A stretch of DNA of 64,000 bases. Origin: Camelus ferus (Eukaryota). The stretch is taken from NCBI RefSeq assembly GCF_009834535.1, contig NC_045696.1, forward strand, positions 63,366,001 through 63,430,000, written 5' to 3'. Shown in pieces: positions 13,186-26,053 of this stretch; within the stretch, counting starts at the first letter, position 1, and each line of letters begins with the position of its first letter. The translations under genes were made by a program, and so were the position numbers. Under the pieces are notes generated by a model that ran no database searches, was not told where the DNA came from, and saw nothing but the letters and a program-made list of their open reading frames with translations.

Positions 13186-14920
13186 TTAAATTGAGGTATC
13201 ATTTACACAGTAATATTTACTTATTTTATGGATGTAGTTTGATGAGTTTTTGGCAGTTGTGTCCAGTTGTGTAACTACTACCACAATCGAGATATAGAGC
13301 ATTTTCATCATCCCCAAAAGTTTCCTCATGCCCCATCACAGCCAAAATCCTCCCTAGACCCCTTGCTCCAGGCAGCTGCTAATCTTGTATTTATAGCTTT
13401 GCTTTTTCTAGAATCTTATATAGATGATATGATACAGTACGTTGCCGTTTATATCTAACTTCTTTCACTCATCATGATGTTTCTGAGATTCATCCATGTT
13501 GTTGCATGTATCAATATTTTGTTTATTTTTTATTGCCAAGTAGTATTTCATGGGATCTCTACAATTTATTTGTCTGTTCACTCATTGATGAACATTTGGG
13601 TTCTTTCAAGATTTGGGCTGTTAAGAATATGTAGCTATGGATAATGTTGCTATAACAGTCAATTACAAGTCTTTGTGTAAACGCATATTTTTACTCCTCT
13701 TGGGTAAATACCTGCGGGTGAAATTGCTGGGTTGTGTGATGGGTGTACACTTAATTTTGTAAGACACTGTCAAACACTTTTTCAAAGTGCCATTGTGTGT
13801 TCCTACTAGAGGTGTGTGAGTCCAGTCCCCATTCTCACTAATGCCTAGTGTTGACTTTTCAGTTTTACTCTGGTGAGTATGTCGTGGTATTTCATCGTGG
13901 TTTTAATTCCCCTGATGACTAGTCATGACTATATTGGCTGGTCATGTATCTTTGTTGAGGAGGTGTCTGTTCAAATCTTCTGCCCATTTTTTATTGCATT
14001 GTTTGCTTTCTTATTATTCTGGATATAAGTCCTTCTCCAGGTATGTATTTTACAAATATTTTCTCCTAGTCTGTGGCTTGTCTTTTCACTTTTAAAATGT
14101 GTCCTTAGATGAACAGAAGTTTTTATTTCAATGAAGTCTGTTTTATATAGATATTTTATAATTCATGTGTTTGTGTCATGTTTTGGTAATCTTTGCCAAC
14201 ACAATGTCACAAAGATTTTCTTCTAGAAATTTTATTATTTTAGTTCTGTGTTTTATGTCTATGATCCATTTTCATCATTTTGTATATGGTGTGAGGTAAG
14301 GTTTAAGATTCAGGTTTTTTCCCCCTATGCGGATATCCAATATCATTTCTTAAGAAGACTACCCATTCCCCACTGAAGTACTTTGGCACTTTTATAAAAA
14401 CTCAGTCGACTGTGTAAGTGCAAGTCTTTTCCTGGACTCTGTAATGTTCCGTTGAGTTCTATGTTTGTAATTATGCCAATGCCGTAGAGACTTGATTACT
14501 TGATTACTGAAATCAGGGAATGCAAGTTCTTCAAGGCTTGTTTATATTTTAAAGATTATTTTGGCTATTTTTGATTCTTTGCTTTTCCATATAATTTTAG
14601 AATCCACTTACCAATTTCCTCAAAACAAGCTTGTGAGGATTTTGATCAGGCTTGCATTAAATCTATAGATCAGTTTGGAGAAAATCAGCATTTTAACAAC
14701 ATTGCATCTTGAAATCTATGAACATGCTATACCTCTCCATTTATTTACATTTTCTTTAATTCCCCTTAATACTGGTTTGTAGTTTTCAGAGTAAAGGTCT
14801 GGCACACCTTTCTTTAAGTTTATTCCTAAGTGTTTTTTATACTGTTTGTAAGTGGAGGTTTTTTTTTTTTTTTAATTTCCCAGTTGGTCATTACTTGTAT
14901 GTAGAAACGCAATAGCTGTT
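13186..14920 (-). mobile_element. Old mammalian L1 (L1M-type) 3' portion, antisense
   Basis: T-rich plus strand starting at an L1 3' end ('ttttaaattgaggtatcatttacac'); typical L1M motifs 'gattcatccatgttgttgcatgtatc' and 'cttgggtaaatacct'. Confidence 0.9.
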
Positions 14921-17900
14921 TCATTAAACTTTCTATTTTGAAATAGTAATAGATTCACAGGGAGTTACAGAGGTAGAACAGAGGACTCATACACTCTTCA
15001 TCCAGTTTCCCCCAATGGTTATAGTACAATATTAAAACCAGGAATTTGACATTGATACAATGTGTGTGCATCTTACCCTATGTACATATTTCTGTAACAT
15101 CCACCACAATTGAGATACAGAACTATTCCATCACCACAAAGATTTCCCTTGTGCTGCTTCTTTATAATCACACCTATTCCCCTCTCCCACCATCCCTAAC
15201 CTCTGGCAACCACTAATCTGTTTTCTATCACTATAATTTTATTATTTCAAGAATGTTGTATACATGGAATCATACAACATGTGATCTTTGGAGCCTTGCT
15301 TTTTTCACTCAGTATATGCCCTTGAAATCAATCAGAATGGTTGCATGTATAAATATATAATTCTTTTTTATTGCTGAGCAGTATTCTGTAGTATGAATAT
15401 ACCACTGTTTGCTTAAACATTCACCTACTGAGAGAGATTTTGATTGTTTTTAATTGGGGGATGTTACAAAGAAAGTAGCTAGGAACAATCATGTATAGGT
15501 TTTTGTGTTGACATAGGTTTTCATTTCTTTAGGATATATGCCTACCAGTGCAATTGCTATGTGGTTTGGTAAGTGTGTGTTTAGTTTTTAAAGAAACTGC
15601 CAAGCTGTTTTCTAGAGTGGTTGTACCATTTCACATCCCCACCAGCAATGTATGAAAGATCCAGTTTCTCTGCATCCTTGCCAGCAATTGATATTGTGAC
15701 TATTTTTAAAATTTTAGATCTAATAGGTATATACTGGTATCTCATTATGCTCTCATTTTGCAACTCTTTAATGGCTAATGATGTACAATTCCTTTTCCTA
15801 TGTTTATTTGCATCCGTATGTCCTTTTCAGTGAAACCTCTTTTCAAGTCTTTTGACCATTTCTTAATTGGATTGTTTTCTGTTTGTTTTTACTGTGGAGT
15901 TTTGAGAGTTTTTATATATAATTAAAATAAAAAAAAATTTTATATATGATTTTTGATACAAATTATTTTTTAGATGTAGGTTTGCGGATGTTTCCTTCCA
16001 GTCTGTGATTGTCTTTTCATGCTCTTAAGGGGGTCTTTTGCAGAGCAAAAGCTTTTAATTTTGAGTCAGATTTATCAATTTTTCTTTCATGCTTTTATGC
16101 TTTTGGTCTAGGAACTCTTCACCAGGTCCTACGTCTTGAAATCTTGAAGATCTTCTTGCTTGTTATTGTCTAAAATTTTATGATTTTATGTTTTATATTT
16201 AAATCTATGATCCATTTAAAATTTATTTTTATAAAAAGTGTGAAATTAAGGGTTTTTTTGAATATTCATTGAATATTCATTTGCTGTAGCCTCATTTGTT
16301 AAAAAGACTATTCTTCCATTGAATTGCTTTTAAAACTTTGTTAATAATCAGTTGGCCCTACTTGTGTGGGCCTATTTCTGGGTTCTGTATTCTGCTCCAC
16401 TAATCTATGTATCTATTCCTCTTAATTATTTTAACTGTATAATAAGTCTTAAAAATCAGACAGAATGGTTTCTCCCACTTTATTCTTTTTCAAAAGTGTT
16501 TTAGTTCCTTTGCCTTTTCATGTAAATTTTAGAATAAGCTTGTCCAACTTTACACAAAGTCTTGCTGGGATTTTGATAGAAATATTATTACACCTGTATA
16601 TCAATTTGGAGAGTATAAACTTATTTTATGTTGAGTCTTCCTATCCATGAGTGTAGTGTGTCTCTCTGTTCACTTAGATGTTCTTTGATTTCTTTCATCA
16701 GCATTTGAAGTTTTCAGCATGTAAATGTTGTACATGTTTTGTTAGATTTATATCTAAGTATTTATTATTTTTTGTAATTATAAAATGGTTTTACATTTTA
16801 AATTTCAGCGTCCATGTCTTCATTGCTAGTATAAGAAATAAAGTTGTTTTTTCAATCTTTATCTTGTATCCTACAGCCTTGCTTAACTCACTTACTACTT
16901 CTAAGAATTTTTTTTTTTGGTAGATTTCTTAGATTTTTCTAGTAGATGAACATGTCATTTGCAGATAGGGAGACTTTTATTTTTCCCTTTTCAATCTGTA
17001 TGTCTTTTATTACCCTTTCTTACCTTATTGCCCTTGACTAGACCTTCCAGTACGATGCTGACCAGCAGGGGTGAGAGTAGACACTCCTGCATTGTTCCTG
17101 ATCTTAGCAGGAAAGTATTCAGTCTCTCACCATCAAGTATGATGTTAGCTGAAGGTTAAAACAAAACAAAACAAAACTTCTTTATCAAGTTGAGGAGTTT
17201 CACCTCTATTCCTATTTTTTGGAGAGGTTTTTAAAATCACAGATTTTATCAAATGCTTTTTCTGTATTCAGTGGCATTATCAAATGGTGAAATACATTGA
17301 TTGATTTTTGAATTTAAACCAATATTGCATTCCTTTGTTAAATCTACACGGTCACGACGTATTATCCTTTTTGAACATATTATTGGATTTTGTCATCCAA
17401 AATTTTGATTTTTGTGCCTATGTTCATGAGGGATATTGGTCTGTACTTTCTTTTCTTGTGATCTCTCTGTCTGATTTTGGTGTCAGTGTAATATGGCCTC
17501 CTAAGATGGGTTGAAATGTGTTCTCTCCTCCTCCAGTGTTTGAAGCTTATGTAGGATTGGCAATTTTTCTTCTATTTAAACTTGGTATAATAGACCAGTG
17601 AAGCTGTCTGGGCCTGAGATTTTCTAAGGGAAAAGTTGTTATTGACAAGTTTAATTTCTTTAGTTGATATGTGGCTGTTTAATTATTTTACTTCCACTTG
17701 AGTCAGTTTTGGTAATTTGTATCTTACAATGAATTTATCTAGTTTATCTAACTTGTCAAATACATTGACATAAAGTTATTAATAATAAAACCTGTTAGCC
17801 TTTTGATGTCTGTAGTTTCTATACTAATGTTACCTCTTTTATTTCTGATATTGATCATTTATGTCTTCTCTTTGTTTCTTGATCAGCTTAGCTAGAGGTT

Positions 17901-20900
17901 AATTTTATTGATCTTTTTAGAAAACTAGTTTTTGTTTCATTGAGCTTTCCCAATTGTTTGTCCATTATGTATTTTATTGATTTTCGCTCTTATCTTTATT
18001 ATTTCCTTCCTCATACAGTTGACCCTTGAACAGCACAGGTGTGAACTGTGTGGGTCCACTTATATGTGGATATTTTTCAATAGTAAATATTACAGTAATG
18101 CAGGACCCTGAGTTGGTTGAAACTGTGGATGCAGAACCATGAATATGGAAGAACTGAGTATATATGGAGGGACTACTAAAAATTATATGTAGATTTTCTA
18201 CTGCAATGAGGATTGGTGCCCCCCAACCCCCACATCGTTCAAAGGTCAACTGTACTTAATTTGGGTTTAATTGCTCTTCTTTTTCTAATTTATGAGACAG
18301 AAAGCTAGATCGTTGATTTTAGGTATTTATTCTTTTCTAATATAAGCATAGTGCACGTCACAGATTTTAATATAGTGTATTTTAATTTTCATTCCTTTAA
18401 AAGTATTTTATATTTCCCTTGTGATTTATTTTTTGAACCATGGATTATTTTAAAATGTATTGTTTAATTTTCAAATATTTGGGGTTTTCCTAGATGTCTT
18501 CTTGTTACTGAACCCATATTTAAATCCACTGTAGTCAGAGAACATAATCTATATAATTTCAATCTTTTAAAATTTGCAGAGACTTGTTTGTGTCTCAGGA
18601 TGTGATTCCTAATGAATAGACCATGTACAATTGAAAAGAATATGCATTCTTGCAGTTATTGGATATAGCATTTTACAAATATTAGTTAGGTCAGAGTAGT
18701 TGAAATTGTTTGGATTTTCTGTTTCTTTGTTGATTTTATTTGTCTAATTGTTCTATCTCTTGCTGAGAGTGGGATATTAAAGCCTCTAACTATGATCATG
18801 GAATTATCCATCTCTCCCTTTAATTCTGTTAATTTTTCCACACATATTTTGAAGTTCTGTTATGAGGTACGTATATACTTAAGACTGTCAAGCCTTCTTG
18901 TTGAATTGATCCTTCATCATCATGAAATGCCTCTTTTTATTTGTTTATTTTTTTGCTTATCTATTTTATCTTGACACCTATTTTATCTGATGTTAATAGA
19001 GTGCCTCAGACTTCCTTATGGTTATTGTTTGCATGACAAAGATAGACTTTTAAACCGTCAGTTTACTTTCAGCCTATCTTTATCTTTATATTTAAAGTAT
19101 ATATATATTTTATAAACAGCATATAGTTGGGTCTTGCTTTTATTTTTATCCATTCTGACCAACTCTGCCTTTTACTTAGATTATTTTTTCCATTAAATCT
19201 TAATGTAATTATTAATACAGTTGGGTTTAGGCCTATAACTTTGTTTTCTCTCTGTTCCTACTGGCTTGTTTTCCTCCTTGCCTGCCTTTTGTGGATTATT
19301 TGGATAACTTTTAGAATGCCATTTTAATTTACATATTGACTTTTAGCTAGAATTCTTTAATATTTTTCCCTCATGTTTTCTCTAATATATAATGTATCTT
19401 TAACTTTTCACAGTCTGCTTAGAGTTAATATTTCATGCAAAAAGGAGAAAATTTGCAACCTTATATTTTCACATGCTTCTATTCCTATGCCATAGTTATT
19501 ATATATATTACATCTACATATATTATAAACCACACAAGACAGTGATACAATTTCTATTTTAAGCAGTCATATATCTTATAAAGAAGTTAAGAGGAAAAAA
19601 AATAGAGTTTTCTATTTATCCAGGTATTTTCCATTTCTAATGTTCTTTCCTTTCTGAGGATCTGGGTTCCCATTTGGTATCATTTCCTTTCAGTTTGGAA
19701 AACTTTCTTAGCATTTCCTGTACTGCAGGTCTGTTGGTGACAAATTTGTTTAGTTTCCTTTTATCTGAAAAATCTATTTCCTTTTGATTCTTCTAGAAAA
19801 TTTCTTACTGGATTGATAGAATTTCTTTGTTTTTTCAATTTTAGCACTTAAAAGTTTGTTCTGCTTTCTTCTGGACTACGTAATTTCTGATGAGCTATCA
19901 GTTCTTAATTGGATTGTTGTTCTTCTGCATATAATGTGTCATCTTCTCTGATTCTTTCAAGATTTTCTCTTTCAACACTTGACTGTGGTGTGACTTAATG
20001 AGTCACACCATAGTAATAGTAAGTTTTCTTTATATACATAAAGAAACTTACTGTTTGTCATTCATTGAACATCTTGAATCTGTAAAGTTATATCTTTCAT
20101 CACATTTGAGAAAATTTTGGCCATTAATTTCTTTTTTCTGCTCCATTCTTTCTCTTCTTCTTCTGTGACTACGTGTATTGAGACTCTGCTAAGTTGTATG
20201 TATATTCTCACTCTTTTTTTCCTTTTGTTCTTTAAATTGGATAATTTCTATTGTTTCATCTTCAAGTTCACTTCCTCTTTTCTCTGCCATCTCCATTCAT
20301 CTAGTGATTTTTTAAAAATAATTAGATATTGTATTTTTCAATTCTAGAATTTCCATTTTTTTAATTTTCATTTCTTTGCTGAGGTTTCTTATTTATTCTT
20401 TCATTGCAAGCATATTTTCTTTTATTCACTGAACACAGTAATAATACATGCTAAAAATTATTATTAATTATAACATCTGGGTCAACTTGCGGTTTTCTTA
20501 ATTGATGTTCTTTGATCTTGAGAGTGTGTTCTATTTTCCAGGTTATATGTATGTTAAATAATCTTGGATAATGTTCTGGACTTTATGCATGTTAAGTTGT
20601 ACAGATTCTGAATTTTAGTATTTTTCTCTGATGGATATTAATTCTTTTGTTTTTTCAGGCAATTATCTTGGTTGAATTCAAACTATAAACTCTGTTTCTT
20701 CAGCAGTGATGACAATACCAATTCAGATCTTTCTCCGATAGCTTAGCTGCTTTGCATCTTCTCTGTGTATGTATGGTTCAGGCTTCAGACAGAGATATGG
20801 ACAGGCAGACTTTTGGGACCTTTTTTGTGCTTGTTTCCCTTCAGGGTCTTACCTTGTTCTCTTCACTGTCATGGTTTCATTGGTTCCAAAGCCAGAAAAA

Positions 20901-21080
20901 TTGTTGTTGTTGTTTTTCTTTTCCTCACCAATACCCACCCTCCCCCATCCCTATACCACCCTGTACACTGTGCCAGCTGCATCTGGCCTCAACCAAAGCT
21001 GCAGATACGGGCATTTGCTCTTCAGGGTGTGGGCTCTCCATCATATTCTACCTGCTTTTTTTCACTTTTGTGCACTGAGT
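14921..21080 (-). mobile_element. Second old L1 (L1MC-like 3' end) extending through degenerate ORF2/ORF1/5' region, antisense
   Basis: New 3' end 'ctattttgaaatagtaatagattcacagggagttacag...ccagtttcccccaatggt'; ORF2-like peptide remnant at 15581-15763 (RYQYIPIR...AGKDAEKLDLSYIAGGDVKWYN); continuous T-rich L1 sequence to ~21.1 kb; no intact ORF. Confidence 0.88.
18016..18252. mobile_element. Tigger2-derived MITE (MER8/Tigger2a-like, TcMar) nested in L1
   Basis: Terminal inverted repeats cagttgacccttgaaca / tcgttcaaaggtcaactg; TA target duplication at 18014-15 and 18253-54; 237 bp. Confidence 0.92.
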
Positions 21081-21239
21081 ATGATATTACTCAACCATTA
21101 AGGGAAGTGGAAGTTGACTGTATCTAACTTAATCACTAGAAAATGAATGATAGATTTCTTAATAAATGCAAAGAACGGAGACAGGAATTTCAGTATTGGA
21201 AAGAACTTGCCAGGCCTGACACAGAGTGAGCTATAAATT

Positions 21240-21740
21240 AATGCTCTGGAGATGAATCTTCTCCCCAAATCCCACTCAGTGATAGAATGCTCACTACCTC
21301 ATAAAGTAGCCCACTCCATTTTAGACAATTCTGATGACCATTTGAAATGTTTTCCTTTGATATACTCAAAACATCTTCATTTCCGCTTTCATGCCTCAAT
21401 CCCAGTTCCAACCCTCAAGGTCACACAGAATGAGCCCAATTCCCCTTTCCCACAGATGCTACTGAACTCTTAAGGGGGAGGCAGCCTCAGCTCCTCCAAC
21501 CAGTCTTTGAAGTATGGGATTTCTAGTCCTGTCATGATTCTGATCTCATTTCCTTGAGCCAGATCCTGTGCCTACATAGCTTCCTTACAATGTGATGTCC
21601 AGAAAAGGCCCAACACTTGGGACAAGGCCTGGGCAGCCTAGAGGCCCCTTTCTGTCCTCAAGGGAGCTTAGGTTCCTATTGATGTCTTCCAGTCCTGTTG
21701 TAACTGGCTCCTATTAAGCTGGTAATCAGCGAGCACCCTG
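21240..21740 (-). mobile_element. L3/CR1 LINE 3' fragment
   Basis: 'cagtgatagaatgctcactacctc...cccactccattttagacaattctga...aaatgttttcctt' resembles the antisense L3 3' region. Confidence 0.6.
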
Positions 21741-22084
21741 GGGCCTTTTTCATCTTTCCCTATGTGGAAGCACACACACACAGATTTCCCCAGCCAGCCT
21801 CACAGAGCTGCCTTCTCAGGAGTGCAACATCACGCCCAGAGGATTTGCCACTGTCAGAGCCTGTCTTGCCCTGAGACTTCCCCTCACCCTCAGGGCATCA
21901 AGCCTGCACAGTGCTTGGAATCAGACACCTCAAGGCTCTTAAATCTGCCTGCACTTCGGCTCTATAATTTTCAGAAAAATTAGTCTGCATTACTTGATGT
22001 CTTATATTCACATCAGGCTCCACACAGCCACTACAGAGCGAGATACTGTATAGAATCTTTTAGGCTGGAAAAACAAGTTTCTAT

Positions 22085-22205
22085 TTCACCTCATTAGATC
22101 CATGGAATAACCAGAATAACTGTATGAAGTAGGCAGAGGAGGGTGTATTATTCCCATTTGACAGATGAGGAAACTGAGGTTGCAGATAGGCCCCAGGCTA
22201 CCAGG
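22085..22205 (-). mobile_element. MIR SINE
   Basis: MIR core 'tattattcccatttgacagatgaggaaactgagg'. Confidence 0.8.
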
Positions 22206-24499
22206 ACTGGGGACAAAGGATTGCTAAAACCAATGGACCACTCTTTCTGTTTATCACCAAACACTTTTCTCAGCATCTCAGAGACTTCAGGTTTCCATTC
22301 AAATTCACATCTGAGCCATGCTCTGGGTGGAAATTTTTTTTCTTAGGGATTTCAGGATACAGATGACATTTACAAATCCCCCTGTGCTCTCACCCCCAGC
22401 CCCAAGGGATGTGGTACAGCTGTGCACAGTCATAGGGAGAAGAGGGTCTCTAGGCTGCTTTCCAAGAAATTGCTTCTGGAATCATTTGCCTCCAGCCCCC
22501 AACAAAAGCTCAGGTATGGGAGCTTGGCACTGCCCTGACCTTTCACATCTCCAAGCCAAGCTGCGGGGAGGAGGGGCGGCTGCACAAAAGGGTCTGAGGA
22601 GTGACCGGCCAGCCTCAGCTCCCCGCTGTCCCCCCACAATGGGGCCCGAGGCCCTGGCTGCCTCTGGATACCAGAGAAAAGGGCCGGGATAATGACCGGC
22701 TCAGCCACCGCTGCTCTCTTCAGAGAAATGAGAAGAGGGAGGCGGCAAAACCTCCCGGATAATAAAGAAGTAACAAATGGGGAATAAAAGCTTATGGAAG
22801 ACATCTTAACCCAGGGATGAAAAAAATGTCAACATCTGTGAGGCTTTCTGCACCAGCAGACCCAGCCCTAATGAAAACCCTCCAAGAGCCATTCACTGGA
22901 GCAGAGGCGAAAAGGCTACAGTTTTCTATGGGGGTGTCGAGGGGGCGTCGAGGGTTGGATAAAGCTGCCCTTTCCCTTTCGGATGCTGCTGAACCAAGTG
23001 CTAATGTTCAGCATTATGAAGGACCCAGGGGTGGGAGGGGAATGGGGCGGCCCGAGCGTCTTTATCCATAAGTCTGGGAGGTGGGTGGATTTAGGAGCAG
23101 GCGAGATGTCTGCACGTTGAGGCAAGGAAGAAAGCCAGAGGAATTAGAGAAAATGCTGTTTAACAAGAGTCTCCTTTGACCGGGGCCTTTAGGAAGGATG
23201 TGGCTCCAGGAAAGTAATCCTCTTAGCACAGACTTCTGTGTGTGTACAAAACAGGGAAATCGAATCTGAATGTCCTCATTGCATTTACTAAAATACCTAA
23301 TGAAAACACAAAGATTCCTTATCCTGATCTTCACCCTTCATTCAGAAGATGGAGAGTGGCAGATGTTTGCTTATAAGGCTGATTTTAAAAATTCGAACTG
23401 GGAATTTGGGGTGGGGGAGGAGCTGAGCCTCCTGTCTTTCCAAAAGGTATGGGTTGCAGGACTTTGAGCCTTTGTATCTTCCCGTGGGGTTATCAACACC
23501 CTCTTGTCTTACGCCTTTGAGGTTTTAGGTGTGATTTTATTTCATGAGTTTGTGTTCTATGTTGACCTCTGGAATGGTGGTCTGTCCAGAGGCCTCAATG
23601 ACAGAAATCTCAAATCCTGGCTGACCAGTACAGCTTCCTGAGGACAGTGTTGGCAGGAAGAGAAATGTGCTCCCAAATTTGTGACTGCTTTGCAGTTGGA
23701 GGATGTCATATCCTGGCCAGAGATCATCAACATGGTCCTCACCACACCCACACCCACACCCACATCCGCAGGTATGAGTTCCTCTCCCCCCCCCACACCA
23801 CCCCCACTGCCACACGCACACACGTATGCACGTAACAACCCATGCCACTCACTCCCACGTATGCATACACACATGCACCCTTCTACTTATAAACACACAG
23901 ACAACACTCTCCCTCCCAAATATCCAGACTCACCCACACACTCCCAGTCTGAACTAGTTAGCCTTCTGGACAAATGTCTTCCTTACCCATCACTTTAGCA
24001 CTTTGCACTTTAGCACACAGGGTTTTAGACCAAATGTTTCAATTGTGATTTAGCTTTAAAATGAAACAAGATGCAGGTGGGGATAAGTTAAATGCTTTGG
24101 GGATTGTCAGTGAGGCTTTACTGAAGCTAAGATGGGAGAGTATTTTCATTTCTTCTTTACGGGCTGTTTGAAATTCAAAACTATTGTTTGCTGTTGGGAC
24201 ACAAAAGGAATGGAGGTGAAGGGGGCAGCCACAGAGAAGCTGACGGTGGCTCCAGGTCTGGTCCAAGCTGTCCACCTGTGGGTCAGCACTGTGGTCTGTG
24301 GTTGACTCTAAGTCCGGGTGAGCTGTTCACCTGTGGGTCCACAGATGTCAGGGCAGGTAGTCAGCTCCCTGGCTCTCAAAGTATTCAGTTAGTGCCCCGA
24401 GAACCATCTGTCATCGGTCATCATAAATTGGAGGGGATTCCCATGCCGGGTGCACAGTTGAACTGGATAAGCTTTGAAGTCGTTTGTAATCCTAATATT

Positions 24500-24680
24500 A
24501 ACAATAATGTTTTTTATTTATGAGTACTAATTATGTGCTTGTTACTGTTCGAAGGGCCTTAATGGACCATCTCAGCGCTGTGGTATGAACTGTCTTGGTA
24601 CGCCCATCTTGTAGATAAGGAGACAAGCCTGGAGACATCAGGAATGGTAGAACCAATATTCAGACCCAACTCCGTCTAAC
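24500..24680 (-). mobile_element. MIR SINE
   Basis: 'aataatgttttttatttatgagtactaattatgtgc...cccatcttgtagataaggagac...attcagaccca'. Confidence 0.6.
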
Positions 24681-25490
24681 GCCAAGCTGAGGCTATTGAC
24701 CTCACACTACAATAAGGCCCCTTAAGAGAGCTTGATTCTGAATGAATTTCTGTTCCCTTCTTCTCTTGGTCGATGGGAGGGGGATTGACTCTGTTCTTCC
24801 TGGTTCCTCCCCTGATGTCGCAGCATCTCTCATCCCCATTCCTTTGAAGGAATGAGGGAGAACTGGGGAGTCCCTGCCAGCCTTTCCCTGCTTTGGGCTG
24901 GAGAGGGTTCCACACCCAGCTGCCAGGCTCCAGACGATCAAGGTGGTCCGACATTCTGTATCGTCTGCAGCTGGAGGTGTGGGGAGGGGCACCCACATCA
25001 GGTGCTCTGTCCACTGGTGAACACAACTCTTGCAGCAGCTGCGCTAAGGCACTCGGTTCATTGATGAGGACCACAGCTCTCCTAATCTGAGCATCCCCCT
25101 GAGGAGCCCACCTTCTCATTCTCCAGGTCCTCTCTCCTGAGAACACAGCCCACCCAGAGAAAGGTCAGCAGACACTTCTGATCCTTTTACGTCCCCATAC
25201 CTGATGCTCCGGGGGTGGGGCGCCAGAGTCATGGCCCCGGCAGCTTTAGGGATTAGTGAATATAACTCCCTGTGGTGGTTCTAAAGATGTATATGGCCAC
25301 AAGTTCTCTGATATGACTCCCCTCAGGAGGCAGAGCTCAGTTACCCTCTTCCTGAGTGTAGACTGGACTTACTGACCACCTCCCTAGAAAGTAGAATGTG
25401 GCAGAACTAAAGAGACGTCACTTCCAAGATTAGGTGAGAAAAAGATGGTCGATTCTGTCTTGGGTTCTCCACCTCACTCTGTCTCCATCC

Positions 25491-25514
25491 CTCTCTCTCT
25501 CTCTCTCTCTCTCT
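25491..25514. repeat. (CT)12 microsatellite at the retrocopy TSD/poly(A) junction
   Basis: Directly visible. Confidence 0.9.
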
Positions 25515-26053
25515 TTTAATGGGAGGAGGAGCCAGTGTAATGGCTAGTCTTTATTGGAAAGAAGAAACTTGACAGCAAATCTTGAGTGAGTGAGTGCACG
25601 GGATCAGTGGGCCAGCTGGTGGGGCATCAGCTTGTAATGGGGTCCACATCTAGGGCATTGCTGGGTCTCGCCTTTGTGCAGCCAGAACCAGATGATGGCA
25701 CTATTGTCTTCTTCACAGATACAGCCCACTGTTTGGTTGTTGGTGATGGAGGGGACTAAATTTGGGTCTTCCTTGGTAACTTGGAGCCTGGCAGCTGGGT
25801 GTGGAACCCTTGGTACCTTTGGGGCGAGCATACTATATGGGTCCAGTCCCTTGTGGGCAGCCATCATGACCTCCCGCTCCAGCCCAGTAGCCTGCCCATC
25901 AACAGTGGGAACGCCATCTCCAGATGCCACAGAGCACACAGGGACAACCATATTGGGACCGTGGATCCTCAGAGCCTGTGTGGCCAGCACTCCAGCTCCG
26001 TGAAGTAACCTTGAAGCCGTCATGCCCGCTAAAAACACCAGCGCTTCCAGGAA
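25514..26053 (-). pseudogene. COX5B: Full-length processed retrocopy of cytochrome c oxidase subunit 5B; reading frame 26023..25604 (139 aa) still open
   Basis: Translation MTASRLLHGAG...VPT..QATGLEREVMMAAHKGLDPY...TKEDPNLVPSITN...GCICEEDNS..IWFWLHKGE.Q.CP.CG.HYKL.PHQLAH is clearly COX5B; intronless; short 5'UTR; AATAAA (minus) at 25550-25555; poly(A) remnant at ~25514-25517; 16-bp TSD ccatccctctctctct at 25485-25500 and 26054-26069. Confidence 0.97.

Noticed and set aside
16259..16281. Micro-duplication tgaatattcat x2 (similar ones at ~14490, ~16135, ~23993)
   Set aside because: Ordinary slippage duplications with no further structure.
15581..19327. Short ORFs within the L1 block
   Set aside because: Fragments or antisense translations of a heavily disabled L1; not functional genes.
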